64,000 nucleotides of DNA from a virus (Duplodnaviria; Caudoviricetes). The notes under the pieces were generated by a model. It ran no database searches. It was not told where the DNA came from and worked only from the letters and a program-made list of their open reading frames with translations. Below, piece after piece: positions 1 through 8,616 of this stretch. Numbering within the stretch: the stretch's first letter is position 1; every line of letters begins with the position of its first letter. The position numbers and the translations under genes are program-made. The stretch spans positions 128,001 to 192,000 of the IMG/VR virus record IMGVR_UViG_3300037484_000235; one strand, 5' to 3'.

Positions 1-135
1 ATACACACATTTCAGCGTGGTAAACGTGCGGGTCAGGTAGTCAAGAAGGGGCTCCTTTACAGAGAGTCCGATCGGTTCTTCCGCTGGTCTCTAGTTCCAC
101 CTGAGCTTTAACACGTAACCCAATTCATAGGTCTA

Positions 136-1461
136 ATGATGTCTACAGAGAAAAAGCCGCCAGCATCTACCAAGAAGTCCAAGATCGTTCCCGCCAAGAA
201 TCTCAGTGCCCTTACAAGGGCCCGAGCGGCTCTCAAGGTGGTGTTGAAGGAGGACCATGTCACTCCGCTGTCAGACAACATCTTCAAGACCTCGATGCCT
301 CACATCCCTACGGGGTCACTTATCATTGACTATTTGATTGGTGGGCGCCCAAATCAGTTTGGGGTTGCACCGTGTCCTGGGACACCTAGAGGCCGTATCC
401 TCAACCTCTATGGGAATCCGGGTGCTGGAAAGACAACTCTTGCACTCACGACCGCAGCTTCGATCTGCAACGTGGGGGGCACGTGCGTGTATATTGACTG
501 GGAAAATGAGGTGGAGCCGAGATATGCTGCGGCCCTCGGAGTTCCGGTGCAGGACGAGTCGCGATTCCTCCTCATGCAGCCCAACACGATGGAAGAGGGC
601 ATGAAGATCATGGTCCAGATGGCGAGTGAGGGTGTGGACCTCATTGTCGTAGACTCTGTCGGAGCAGGTGTACCCGAAGACCTTTACAACCGTGCCGTGG
701 ATGATGAGGGCAAGGTTACCCGAATCGGTCTGGTGGCAGCGAAGTGGAGCCAGTTCCTCCCCAAGTTCAAGTCCCTAGCGGCTAAGTCCAATACAGCTGT
801 CATTGGTATCTCCCAGCTTCGTAAGACCATCGACAAGTCTGGACACGGTCCGGACTCCGCTGCTCAGGGTGGGGAAGCGTGGAAGTACTACTCCGCCGTT
901 CGAATGATGCTTCGCGTCTACTCGAAGGATAAGGTCAAGCAGTTCAATGCCATTACTGGCAAGCCGGAAGACATTGTGGTGGGCACAACTGTTGTCGCCA
1001 AGCTGGACAAGTGCAAGGTGAGTGACAGCGTTCACCACGAGCAGAAGTTCTACCTCAAGAGCGGTAAGGGGATTGACAACAACCGATCCGTCGTAGACCT
1101 GGCCGTGACCTACAAGATCATCACCAAGAGTGGGTCTTGGTATGAGTGGCCAGCAGCTCCGGGAGGTTCGATCCGTGGACAGGGTATGGACGGGGTGATC
1201 AAGTTGATTTCTGAGAGAAAGGGTGCACTACAGACTCTCTTCTCCCAGGTCATCCCCAAGCTTACGTCTACGCCTACGGCAGAACAGCTTGCCTCCCTCG
1301 AAGAGGAAGAGGTGTCTGATGACATCTTTGAGGGAATCGTGCCGGCTACAAAGGCCCAGACGGAAAAGACAGGCGATGCCTCTCTGGATGAAGCGGAAGA
1401 TGAAGATCTTCCGGCTGCGTTCCGAACGGAACTGGAGCCAGAGTCCGAAGAGAACGACTGA
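136..1461 (+). CDS. recA: RecA/UvsX-family recombinase with acidic C-terminal tail
   Basis: Walker A GNPGAGKTT, IDWENEVEPRYAAALGV, Walker B LIVVDSVGA, ISQLR and GGEAWKYYSAVRM all match RecA core motifs. Confidence 0.95.
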   Translation: MMSTEKKPPASTKKSKIVPAKNLSALTRARAALKVVLKEDHVTPLSDNIFKTSMPHIPTGSLIIDYLIGGRPNQFGVAPCPGTPRGRILNLYGNPGAGKTTLALTTAASICNVGGTCVYIDWENEVEPRYAAALGVPVQDESRFLLMQPNTMEEGMKIMVQMASEGVDLIVVDSVGAGVPEDLYNRAVDDEGKVTRIGLVAAKWSQFLPKFKSLAAKSNTAVIGISQLRKTIDKSGHGPDSAAQGGEAWKYYSAVRMMLRVYSKDKVKQFNAITGKPEDIVVGTTVVAKLDKCKVSDSVHHEQKFYLKSGKGIDNNRSVVDLAVTYKIITKSGSWYEWPAAPGGSIRGQGMDGVIKLISERKGALQTLFSQVIPKLTSTPTAEQLASLEEEEVSDDIFEGIVPATKAQTEKTGDASLDEAEDEDLPAAFRTELEPESEEND

Positions 1462-1473
1462 AAGGGCTCCCGC

Positions 1474-1504
1474 ACCCCCTGCAAAAGAGGGTGCGAATTG
1501 GAAC
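1474..1504 (+). repeat. Copy 1 of a 31-bp intergenic hairpin-like repeat (ACCCCCT-N7-RGGGTGYGAATTGGAAC)
   Basis: 24/31 identical to 29689-29719; core CCCCTGCAAAAGAGGGTG is 16/18 identical to 34921-34938. Confidence 0.7.
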
Positions 1505-1508
1505 AAAC

Positions 1509-2735
1509 ATGCCTTTCAGCATCCGGGTCCGTGATTTTCAGAGCATCGAGGACGCTACTATTGAAGTGGCTGGCCTCACCGTTGTCACTGGCCAGAACAA
1601 CGGAGGCAAGACGGCCCTAATCCGTTCTGTCTTCGGAGCCTTCACTAACGCTCGTGGAACCAAGTTCGTTCGTCACGGAAAGGACAGCACCCAAGTGGGG
1701 CTGTCCTTTTCGGACGGGCGGTCCCTCCTTTGGGAGAAGGGGGAGAAGGTCAACCGATATGAGCTTGACGGGAAGAAACTCAATCGAGTCGGACAGGGTG
1801 TGCCACCTGAGATTGAGACTCTGGGTGTAACCGCTGTTGAGGCGGCTGGAGTCGAACTGTGGCCGCAGTTTGCCCATCAGTTTGTTGGGCAGGTCTTTCT
1901 TCTCGACAAGCCCGGTTCCCTCCTTGCTGAGGCCGTGGCCAATGTGGACAAGGTGGGGGTGTTGAATGAAAGTCTTCGGCTTGCGACTTCTGATCGGAGA
2001 TCCGCAGCCTCCGAACTCAAGGTTAGACTTGAGGATGTAGGGAAGATCGAGGATTCACTTCTTCGGTTCGGGGGCCTGGATGAGGCGGTATCCCATGTCC
2101 GGAAGGTTGGCGTGATTCAAACGCAAACAGTTGAGGATCAAAAATCTCTAGACCTGGTCCTAGAGGTAAGAACTCGATGGGTTTCGCTCACGGGGGCGAG
2201 GAAGGCTCTCCTCCCGGTGCGCACGCTCCCCACAGTGGATGAAGCTCTTGTAGGACGGGTCGGAAAGATGCAGAAGGCCATTGAGTGGGCTGTTCCGATC
2301 TCGATTCGGGTAAAGAGAGTCCTGGTGGAGAGAGAGCGGGCTGCGCTTGCGGCCAAGGCAGCGAGGTCTGTGGTCCTTCCGGACCCACAGCCCATTGCAG
2401 AAGCCCACCAGTGCCTGGGGATGACCCAAGCACTCTCTTCTAGGGTCCAACGAGCCAAGAAGGAACGGGACCAGGCGTCTGGTGCGGCCACGGCTGCCAA
2501 GGGAATGGTCCTCCCTGACCCACAGCCGGTCCGGGACGCCCTCCAGAGATTGGAGGCAGCCAAGGCCATGTCTAGAAAGCTGGCAGCCCTACGAGGCACG
2601 GTGGACGACTTGCGGGCCACCCTTGCCAAGACCCAGGCCGCACACTCCGATTCCGCGGTATGGGTAGAGTCTCTCTTCAACGAGGCCGGTCAATGTCCCT
2701 TCTGTGGAGCTGCGCATGAAACAAGCTGTAGTTAG
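1509..2735 (+). CDS. Rad50/SbcC-like ABC-ATPase, N-terminal half (Walker A, coiled coil, Zn hook)
   Basis: IRVRDFQSI start, Walker A TGQNNGGKT, long Ala/Arg-rich coiled coil, ends in CPFCG; no signature or Walker B motif. ATG 1509 preferred over the track start. Confidence 0.85.
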   Translation: MPFSIRVRDFQSIEDATIEVAGLTVVTGQNNGGKTALIRSVFGAFTNARGTKFVRHGKDSTQVGLSFSDGRSLLWEKGEKVNRYELDGKKLNRVGQGVPPEIETLGVTAVEAAGVELWPQFAHQFVGQVFLLDKPGSLLAEAVANVDKVGVLNESLRLATSDRRSAASELKVRLEDVGKIEDSLLRFGGLDEAVSHVRKVGVIQTQTVEDQKSLDLVLEVRTRWVSLTGARKALLPVRTLPTVDEALVGRVGKMQKAIEWAVPISIRVKRVLVERERAALAAKAARSVVLPDPQPIAEAHQCLGMTQALSSRVQRAKKERDQASGAATAAKGMVLPDPQPVRDALQRLEAAKAMSRKLAALRGTVDDLRATLAKTQAAHSDSAVWVESLFNEAGQCPFCGAAHETSCS

Positions 2736-2961
2736 CCTGGCTGTAATCCTCACCCTTAGTGGCTGCCCACAACTGCCTCCGCCAAGCGGATGTGAACCCC
2801 GTGCGTCAACATGCCTAGAAGATAGACCATACATCTGTTCAGGTACGCAGAGGTGGACTCCTGTAGGAGATACAACCTGTGCCGCAGTGGGCGCGGTTTG
2901 CTGCATGACGGCAGAGGCGGTTCATGCGTGTGTTCCCCAGTCCATCTGTATTGGAGAGTGA
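2716..2961 (+). CDS. Small Cys-rich lipoprotein
   Basis: MKQAVVSLAVILTLSG-C lipobox, then several further Cys in a short mature part. Confidence 0.75.
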   Translation: MKQAVVSLAVILTLSGCPQLPPPSGCEPRASTCLEDRPYICSGTQRWTPVGDTTCAAVGAVCCMTAEAVHACVPQSICIGE

Positions 2962-2964
2962 CCC

Positions 2965-3567
2965 ATGACTGACCTCAACAAGATAGCTCAGACTTTCTCC
3001 GCTCACATGTGCTCGAAGTTTGGAGCCACGGTCCACCACAAGGAAGACGCCACCGAGATGAAAGCCATCGCTTGGGGGATGGACCTTGGACGTTGGGCGG
3101 GAATCGGCGGGCTCGCATCGAGTTCCGACTTCATGACCCACTACACGACGACGATCGGCACGGCGATCTACATGCCGGAGTCACATCGGAGTCGGCCCCT
3201 CACGTTCATTGAGGTCTTGACCCACGAGTGCCAGCACGTCTTGCAGTTCAAGGAGTCGGGGATCAAGTTCGCGTGGCTCTACCTTAAGGAGCCAGAGGCC
3301 CGGGTCAAGTACGAAGTGGATGCCTATGCAGCGGGGGCCGCGATTCAACAGTGGTTCACTGGAACTCTTGATGGGTCCGATCGAATCGTGTCTCTGCTGG
3401 TGGCTGGGTACCATCTTCGTCAAGAGGATGCGGACCTTGCAGCGGACATGCTCAAGTCACACTTGGTGTCCCTCAAGAATGGGATTGTGATGGCTGGGTC
3501 CGCCCGTGAGGCAATCGCCTTTTTCAAGGAAAACTATCCAGAGCTGTATGGGACTGTTCGCCAGTAA
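2965..3567 (+). CDS. Putative zinc metallopeptidase (HExxH)
   Basis: LTHECQHVLQ and a downstream YEVDAYA Glu ligand motif. Confidence 0.6.
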   Translation: MTDLNKIAQTFSAHMCSKFGATVHHKEDATEMKAIAWGMDLGRWAGIGGLASSSDFMTHYTTTIGTAIYMPESHRSRPLTFIEVLTHECQHVLQFKESGIKFAWLYLKEPEARVKYEVDAYAAGAAIQQWFTGTLDGSDRIVSLLVAGYHLRQEDADLAADMLKSHLVSLKNGIVMAGSAREAIAFFKENYPELYGTVRQ

Positions 3568-3583
3568 GGCGTAACAACTCACC

Positions 3584-5683
3584 ATGACTGACTCTCCTTG
3601 GGTGCTGCATCACGAAGACTGTCTGGTAGCAATGGCATCTATGGAGTCTGATTCCATGGATGCCATCGTTTGTGATCCTCCGTATGAATTATCGAACGAC
3701 GGCAAGGCAAGCCCCTACAGGGTCTTTGCGGAATTCATGTTCCCACAGGATGCGAAGATCAATCCCATGCTTGGAAGCGAGGACGAGCTTCCTTTCCTCG
3801 TAAATGAGGTTCTTCAATTGCGTGGTATTGGCGTTGTCCCAACTCCAGCGACCCCCGTGCCAGTAAGTTCCGTGACACTCGATGACGAGGCGTCTCACGG
3901 GGACGAGGATATCAAAAACGCATGTGAATGTGCCATTCCCTCGACGAATACTGACTTGAGTGAGAAGGTCGAATCCGAGAGTGCGAAGTACTTGGGCTGC
4001 TTTGCTTTCGAACTTGCTGACTTTGGATCCCTCTGTCAAACGCTTGATTGCGTCGGCGCGGGCTTTATCTCTGGCGGTCTCGGGATAGGGTTTCGGATTA
4101 GCCCTGCGAGTGCACCAAGCCTTCTTGGATGCTGCGATGCGATCTACAATAGCGACCATGGCGTAGGGGGCCGAGACGATGCGCTTACGCAACTTGTAGG
4201 CATGCTCTCGCGAGCAGAACATGTCCCCGTGACGAGACTTCACTTGACACGGGGATCGTTGGAATGTTTTGCCACAGACAGCGCACTGGTATTCCTTGCT
4301 GTTTTCCTTCTCAGTGGCGCGAAGTTGGTACGAGCAGATGCGGCTGCAAGTCGTTTGCCTTCCATGCTTGAGACGCGTCGGATCCGCGTTGTAGATGCGA
4401 TGACAAACAGGGCACTCACGTTCGACTTGGTCCTTCATCCAACAACCATAACATCATTCGGATTTATGGGCAAGGAGTGGGATGGCCAGAAGGTGGCTTT
4501 CAATGTGGACCTGTGGAAAGAGGCTCTGCGTGTCGCAAAGCCTGGTGCCTATCTCCTCGCGTTTGGCGGGACACGAATGGTTCATCGTCTTGCATGTGCG
4601 ATTGAAGACGCAGGCTGGGAGATTCGTGACACAATCGCGTACATGTACGGTGTTGGATTTCCAAAGAGTCTTGACGTAAGCAAGGCGATCGATAGAGAAT
4701 TGGGGGTCCCCCAAGAAGTGTCCGGCAAGGGTCAAGCAGTTGACCGTATTGCGTTGGACTACGGTGGCGCAACAGGTAAAGCAAAGAATGGACTCAAGTC
4801 TGAGTTTTCCACGAGCAGCGAGTGCAATACGGATGCAGCCAGTCAATGGGTTGGTTGGGGCACTGCGCTCAAGCCAGCCCACGAGCCGATCATCTTGGCG
4901 CGTAAGCCTCTGATCGGCACGGTCGCCGCGAACGTGCTTGCACACGGCACAGGTGGGATCAACATCGACGGGTGTAGGATCGCTGGGTCTGTTCCAAGTG
5001 TGACTGGGCAGGGGTTTAAGACTGGCAAGTACGGTGGACAGATTGGACGTGGTGATCCTACACTTACTGGGCAAGCGTGGGAAGGTAATAAGGATGGGCG
5101 TTGGCCCGCGAATGTGGTTCTTGGCTGCGCGTGCGAAACGCCGCACGAGCCTGACTGCGCAGTGGCACTGCTAGACGCGCAGACTGGCACTCTTGGGAGT
5201 TCTTACCGACCAGATAGGGCCCCCCTAAAGTCCATGGGATTTTACGGTGGAAATGGGGAAGCTGTTAGGGATGGATTTGATGACGTAGGAGGAGCTTCCC
5301 GATTCTTCTACTGCGCCAAAGCCTCGCGCTCGGAGCGCACGCACGGCGGACAGGTAGTCAATCTACACCCCACCGTCAAACCCATCTCACTCATGAGGTG
5401 GCTCTGCCGATTGGTGACCCCTCCCGGAGGAACCGTCCTTGATCCCTTCACGGGCTCTGGCTCCACTGGAGTAGCTGCTATCCTCGAAGGATTCCTCTTC
5501 GTCGGCTGTGAGAAGGAATCGGAGTCCGTCGAGACATCCAGGTCACGACTTGAAATGGCTACCCTCGTCGCAACCGGTGGTGTCAAGAACCCCTGGGAGG
5601 ATGATCCACGGGAGCCTACTACCGTGAAAGATACTCTGCCCATTTCCTCGATTGAAGACCTGTTTGGCTTCGGGGATGCGTAA
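3584..5683 (+). CDS. Beta-class amino (probably N6-adenine) DNA methyltransferase with a 256-codon in-frame insertion
   Basis: DAIVCDPPYEL...GFMGKEWD...LRVAKPGAYLLAFGGTRMVHRL...HPTVKP...VLDPFTGSGSTG; motif IV before motif I gives the beta order. Confidence 0.9.
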   Translation: MTDSPWVLHHEDCLVAMASMESDSMDAIVCDPPYELSNDGKASPYRVFAEFMFPQDAKINPMLGSEDELPFLVNEVLQLRGIGVVPTPATPVPVSSVTLDDEASHGDEDIKNACECAIPSTNTDLSEKVESESAKYLGCFAFELADFGSLCQTLDCVGAGFISGGLGIGFRISPASAPSLLGCCDAIYNSDHGVGGRDDALTQLVGMLSRAEHVPVTRLHLTRGSLECFATDSALVFLAVFLLSGAKLVRADAAASRLPSMLETRRIRVVDAMTNRALTFDLVLHPTTITSFGFMGKEWDGQKVAFNVDLWKEALRVAKPGAYLLAFGGTRMVHRLACAIEDAGWEIRDTIAYMYGVGFPKSLDVSKAIDRELGVPQEVSGKGQAVDRIALDYGGATGKAKNGLKSEFSTSSECNTDAASQWVGWGTALKPAHEPIILARKPLIGTVAANVLAHGTGGINIDGCRIAGSVPSVTGQGFKTGKYGGQIGRGDPTLTGQAWEGNKDGRWPANVVLGCACETPHEPDCAVALLDAQTGTLGSSYRPDRAPLKSMGFYGGNGEAVRDGFDDVGGASRFFYCAKASRSERTHGGQVVNLHPTVKPISLMRWLCRLVTPPGGTVLDPFTGSGSTGVAAILEGFLFVGCEKESESVETSRSRLEMATLVATGGVKNPWEDDPREPTTVKDTLPISSIEDLFGFGDA
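3689..4438 (-). CDS. Zn-ribbon plus Vsr/DUF559-like PD-(D/E)XK homing-type endonuclease, nested antisense inside the methyltransferase
   Basis: CPVC..CSRIC and CAVC..FCSREH repeats, then SKFESKAAQVL...FDILV...LVIECHGTYWHG...LRILWEHE; protein-like composition, unlike the + strand reading of the same DNA. Confidence 0.9.
   Translation of the reverse strand: MKDQVERECPVCHRIYNADPTRLKHGRQTTCSRICSYQLRATEKENSKEYQCAVCGKTFQRSPCQVKSRHGDMFCSREHAYKLRKRIVSAPYAMVAIVDRIAASKKAWCTRRANPKPYPETARDKARADAIKRLTEGSKVSKFESKAAQVLRTLGFDLLTQVSIRRGNGTFTCVFDILVPVRRLVIECHGTYWHGGRWSWDNANTTQLKNLIYEERKLVLASKHGIDLRILWEHEFRKDPVGACLAVVR
3692..4459 (-). mobile_element. 768-bp frame-preserving antisense endonuclease insertion element
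   Basis: Removing 3692-4459 restores the contiguous methyltransferase motif DPPYEL-GFMGKEWD; the element is the endonuclease ORF plus 21 nt. Confidence 0.8.
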
Positions 5684-5691
5684 GGTACATC

Positions 5692-5964
5692 GTGTCAGAC
5701 ATGAAGACCCGAATCGAAGTTGCGATCAAGAAGCGCGATGAATTGAATGCTCAGAAAGAGCGCATGCTTGGCCGACTAGAAGAGGCCGAGAAGAATCTCG
5801 AAGCTCTTCGTACTGAGTGTCGCGCAAAGAATGTGGATCCAGACAGCCTGGATGACACTGTTTCCAAACTAGAGAAGGGTCTAGCAGATTCCCTCACCGC
5901 ATTGGAATCCCAAATTGTAGTGGCAGAGAATGCCATCAAACCGTACACACAACCGCAAGAGTGA
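5692..5964 (+). CDS. Small coiled-coil protein
   Basis: Heptad-like Leu/Glu/Lys pattern over 90 aa; its stop overlaps the next start (GTGA). Confidence 0.7.
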   Translation: MSDMKTRIEVAIKKRDELNAQKERMLGRLEEAEKNLEALRTECRAKNVDPDSLDDTVSKLEKGLADSLTALESQIVVAENAIKPYTQPQE

Positions 5965-7115
5965 GTCCCAACATGATTTTCAGCGTATCCAAGCGTGATT
6001 TAGAAACCGCTCTTAAGGTGGTCAAGAGCACTGTCTCCATGGGTGGCAGTGACATCTCTTCCCATTACCTCTTTCGGCAAACGGAAGCTGGGTCTAAGTC
6101 TCTAGAAATTCTTTCCTATGATGGGAGGGTCTTCGCATCATGCCCCGTAGTGGCATCCTTTGAGGAAGAGGGCAAACCATTCACTGTAGAGGCGAAGCGC
6201 GTCCACGCCTTACTTGAGGCCGTGGCTGATGATGCAGTGTTGAAGGTTTCAAGTGTTGGGGTTGGTGAGGTCACCATTAGCGCTGGTCGCGGGAAGAACA
6301 CCTTCGCCAGCCTTGATCCGGATCTTTTCCCCTACTGGGATGAGGTTCTTGGTCTGTCCACAAGGACTGCGACCCTTCCCGCAGATCGCCTCAATGAGGC
6401 CCTCACACACGCCAAGGCATTCATCTACGACCAGGAGTCCAAGGCGCCGCAACTGTGCGTGGCAGAGTTCCGGAAGGGATGCCTATACTCGACTGACCAG
6501 ATGGCTATGAGTGTCGTCAAGGTTTCTGGCATGGAAGAGTCTGCAATCCGTATCTACGGCAAGGATTGTGGGTCTATCGTGAGCTTCTTGGCTACCTTCA
6601 AGGACTCTCCTGTTGAAATTTGGGAGGAAGATCGGGCCATGTTTCTCAAGCGTGCCGACGGGGCTGTTCTCGGCGAGAGCAGGAACGCCAATCGATTCCC
6701 GGACATCGCAGTAGACTGGACCATTGAGGATGATCATTGGATTGATCTCCCTAAGGTGGAGGTTGCGAATGCGGTGAAGTTCCTTGCCGCCGGAGCCAAG
6801 TGGGAGGAAACCAAAATCAAGATGATCGTGGGGGACGGAAACGTAACGCTACTCATGGACGCAGCGAACGGGAAGCCCATCTCCTTGGAGGTAAAGGCCA
6901 TTGGACAGGGGTTCAAGAGTGTAGATGCGCCTTCTCTTCCCAAGGATGGATTTCCGATTTCCAAGATCTATGTCTTGAATCTCTTGGAGCACCACTCGGG
7001 TGAGACCATTCGATTCGGTATCTCGAAGAAGGGCAAAGGGGGCTGGATTCGTGTGAAGGATGAAAGGGGTCCTGACACCTATCTCACCACTGTGGCCTGG
7101 TTGAAGGCATCCTAA
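5961..7115 (+). CDS. dnaN: DNA polymerase III beta-like sliding clamp
   Basis: 384 aa, FSVSKRDLETALKVVKSTV N-terminus, three-domain beta-clamp pattern including LYSTDQMAMS (ATDxxRL-like); lies near a DnaX-like loader. Confidence 0.75.
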   Translation: MSPNMIFSVSKRDLETALKVVKSTVSMGGSDISSHYLFRQTEAGSKSLEILSYDGRVFASCPVVASFEEEGKPFTVEAKRVHALLEAVADDAVLKVSSVGVGEVTISAGRGKNTFASLDPDLFPYWDEVLGLSTRTATLPADRLNEALTHAKAFIYDQESKAPQLCVAEFRKGCLYSTDQMAMSVVKVSGMEESAIRIYGKDCGSIVSFLATFKDSPVEIWEEDRAMFLKRADGAVLGESRNANRFPDIAVDWTIEDDHWIDLPKVEVANAVKFLAAGAKWEETKIKMIVGDGNVTLLMDAANGKPISLEVKAIGQGFKSVDAPSLPKDGFPISKIYVLNLLEHHSGETIRFGISKKGKGGWIRVKDERGPDTYLTTVAWLKAS

Positions 7116-7140
7116 GGCAGCCACCCGAAAAGGTGCTGAA

Positions 7141-7773
7141 TTGATCGAAGATCGATTGAGACTTTTGACCGAGGAAACTTCACGGATCCTCGGTCGTAGG
7201 GATGCTGCACAAGATAGTCTGAAAGCTGCTCGTGTGGCTTCTCAGGCGTTGACAGATCGTGTGGAGCTTCTTGACCTCGTGGCGATCCTGATCCGATCCC
7301 TCATTGACATGGAGATTACCGAGGGGGTAAAAGCCATCGAGACTCTTCAGACTGAGGGATTGCGCGCTGTTTTTGACGACCAAGAGATCAGCGTCCGTGC
7401 TGAGGTAGAGATTCTTCGAGGGAAGGTGAGTGTCTCTCTAGTCACTCTTCAGAAGAAAGAGAATGGGGACATGATCGAGGGTGGGAGCCTTGAAGGATTC
7501 GGTGGGGCTGTCTCCACAGTTCAATCGGTTCTTCTTCGACTGGCTCTTATCATACGGCGTGGGTTACGCCCGGTACTGTTTCTAGACGAGAGTTTACCGG
7601 CCTTTGACGAGCGGTACGTTCTGAACATGGCTTCGTTCCTGAAGACCTTGTGTGCTCGGATGGGTGTGGATATCCTCCTCGTGACACATAACCCTGTTCT
7701 GGTGGAGGCAGCGGATCGTGCCTACCGAATTCGTCGAGAACACGGACATTCCTCTTTCCACAAGATCCGGTAA
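7141..7773 (+). CDS. Rad50/SbcC-like ABC-ATPase, C-terminal half
   Basis: Coiled coil, signature-like FGGAVSTV, Walker B and D-loop FLDESLPAFD, H-switch LLVTH; no Walker A; TTG start. Confidence 0.85.
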   Translation: MIEDRLRLLTEETSRILGRRDAAQDSLKAARVASQALTDRVELLDLVAILIRSLIDMEITEGVKAIETLQTEGLRAVFDDQEISVRAEVEILRGKVSVSLVTLQKKENGDMIEGGSLEGFGGAVSTVQSVLLRLALIIRRGLRPVLFLDESLPAFDERYVLNMASFLKTLCARMGVDILLVTHNPVLVEAADRAYRIRREHGHSSFHKIR

Positions 7774-7779
7774 CCTCCA

Positions 7780-8616
7780 ATGAAGTCCGAAGGACAGATC
7801 AAGCACAAGCTCTCCCAGGTTCGCTTCAGACACCTGAAGCGAGAGCTGCGTACGGGCCTGTCTCGGAAGTCTTTGAACTGCCAGTTCAATGGGACGGTTG
7901 ATCTTCCTGGTAGGGCCTGCCTCGGGGTGTGTCTTTACAAGGCAGAAGATCCATCTGTCTGGAACGGGGGTGCCTGCGATGAGTCCATTAGCGACCGTGC
8001 TTCCAGGTGCCCACTCTTTGAGTGCCTAAACACGAAAGATCTCATCCGGGATGAGTTCGACTCTTTCTTGGAGAAGGCAGACCGGGCTCAAATCGCAGCC
8101 AGGTACCCAGACATGGCAGCTCTTCTGTGGGCCCTTGACCTTGAGAAGGCAGAGGACATTCCAGGGCTCGAAGAGGAAGATGACGAGCAGTATGGGGTGC
8201 CGCCACCGGAGCCTGAGGTGCCCCACAGTTTCGGGCTTGTGGGTGGCCGTGTCGTCGTGGTCAATGTCCCGGCCTCCCTGCTCTCCAAAGAGTCCCCTCT
8301 GCCCAACACCCCTCTGTCGGAGCACGAGAGGGCACTCTATGAGCATGAGATGGCACTCTCCCCGGAGTCTCGGGCCCTCCTCCAAGAGGGGATTGCCGAC
8401 GTTCGTAAGGGGCAAGTCCGCGTCATGTCCCCGGATGAACTTGAGGGAGACCTTGCGAGAGTCGAACCTTGGGTGGCGATTCCAACTCCGGTCCCACCCG
8501 TTATGACTAGTATTGGTACCTACACTGCCTCTATCAAAGACACCCCCAAGCGGAGTCTTTGGTCAAAGCTGATTCAGATTTGGTCTTATCTCGTGAGGGT
8601 CTTCCGACATGAGTGA
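7780..8616 (+). CDS. Hypothetical protein (Cys-containing N-half, acidic/Pro-rich C-half)
   Basis: 278-aa ORF tightly packed in the operon. Confidence 0.6.
   Translation: MKSEGQIKHKLSQVRFRHLKRELRTGLSRKSLNCQFNGTVDLPGRACLGVCLYKAEDPSVWNGGACDESISDRASRCPLFECLNTKDLIRDEFDSFLEKADRAQIAARYPDMAALLWALDLEKAEDIPGLEEEDDEQYGVPPPEPEVPHSFGLVGGRVVVVNVPASLLSKESPLPNTPLSEHERALYEHEMALSPESRALLQEGIADVRKGQVRVMSPDELEGDLARVEPWVAIPTPVPPVMTSIGTYTASIKDTPKRSLWSKLIQIWSYLVRVFRHE

Noticed and set aside
3692-4459. Intein as the explanation of the MTase insert
   Set aside because: It starts with Ser but ends TITSF|G: no penultimate His or terminal Asn/Gln and no C/S/T at +1. The + strand translation reads like antisense text, not a Hint domain.
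3692-4459. Group I or II intron
   Set aside because: Only 21 nt lie outside the endonuclease ORF, the ORF is antisense, and I see no GUGYG/AY ends or P7-type core. Not formally excluded without a covariance-model search.
4454-5146. 230-aa minus ORF as a second nested gene
   Set aside because: No motifs; it is the antisense shadow of the conserved MTase body
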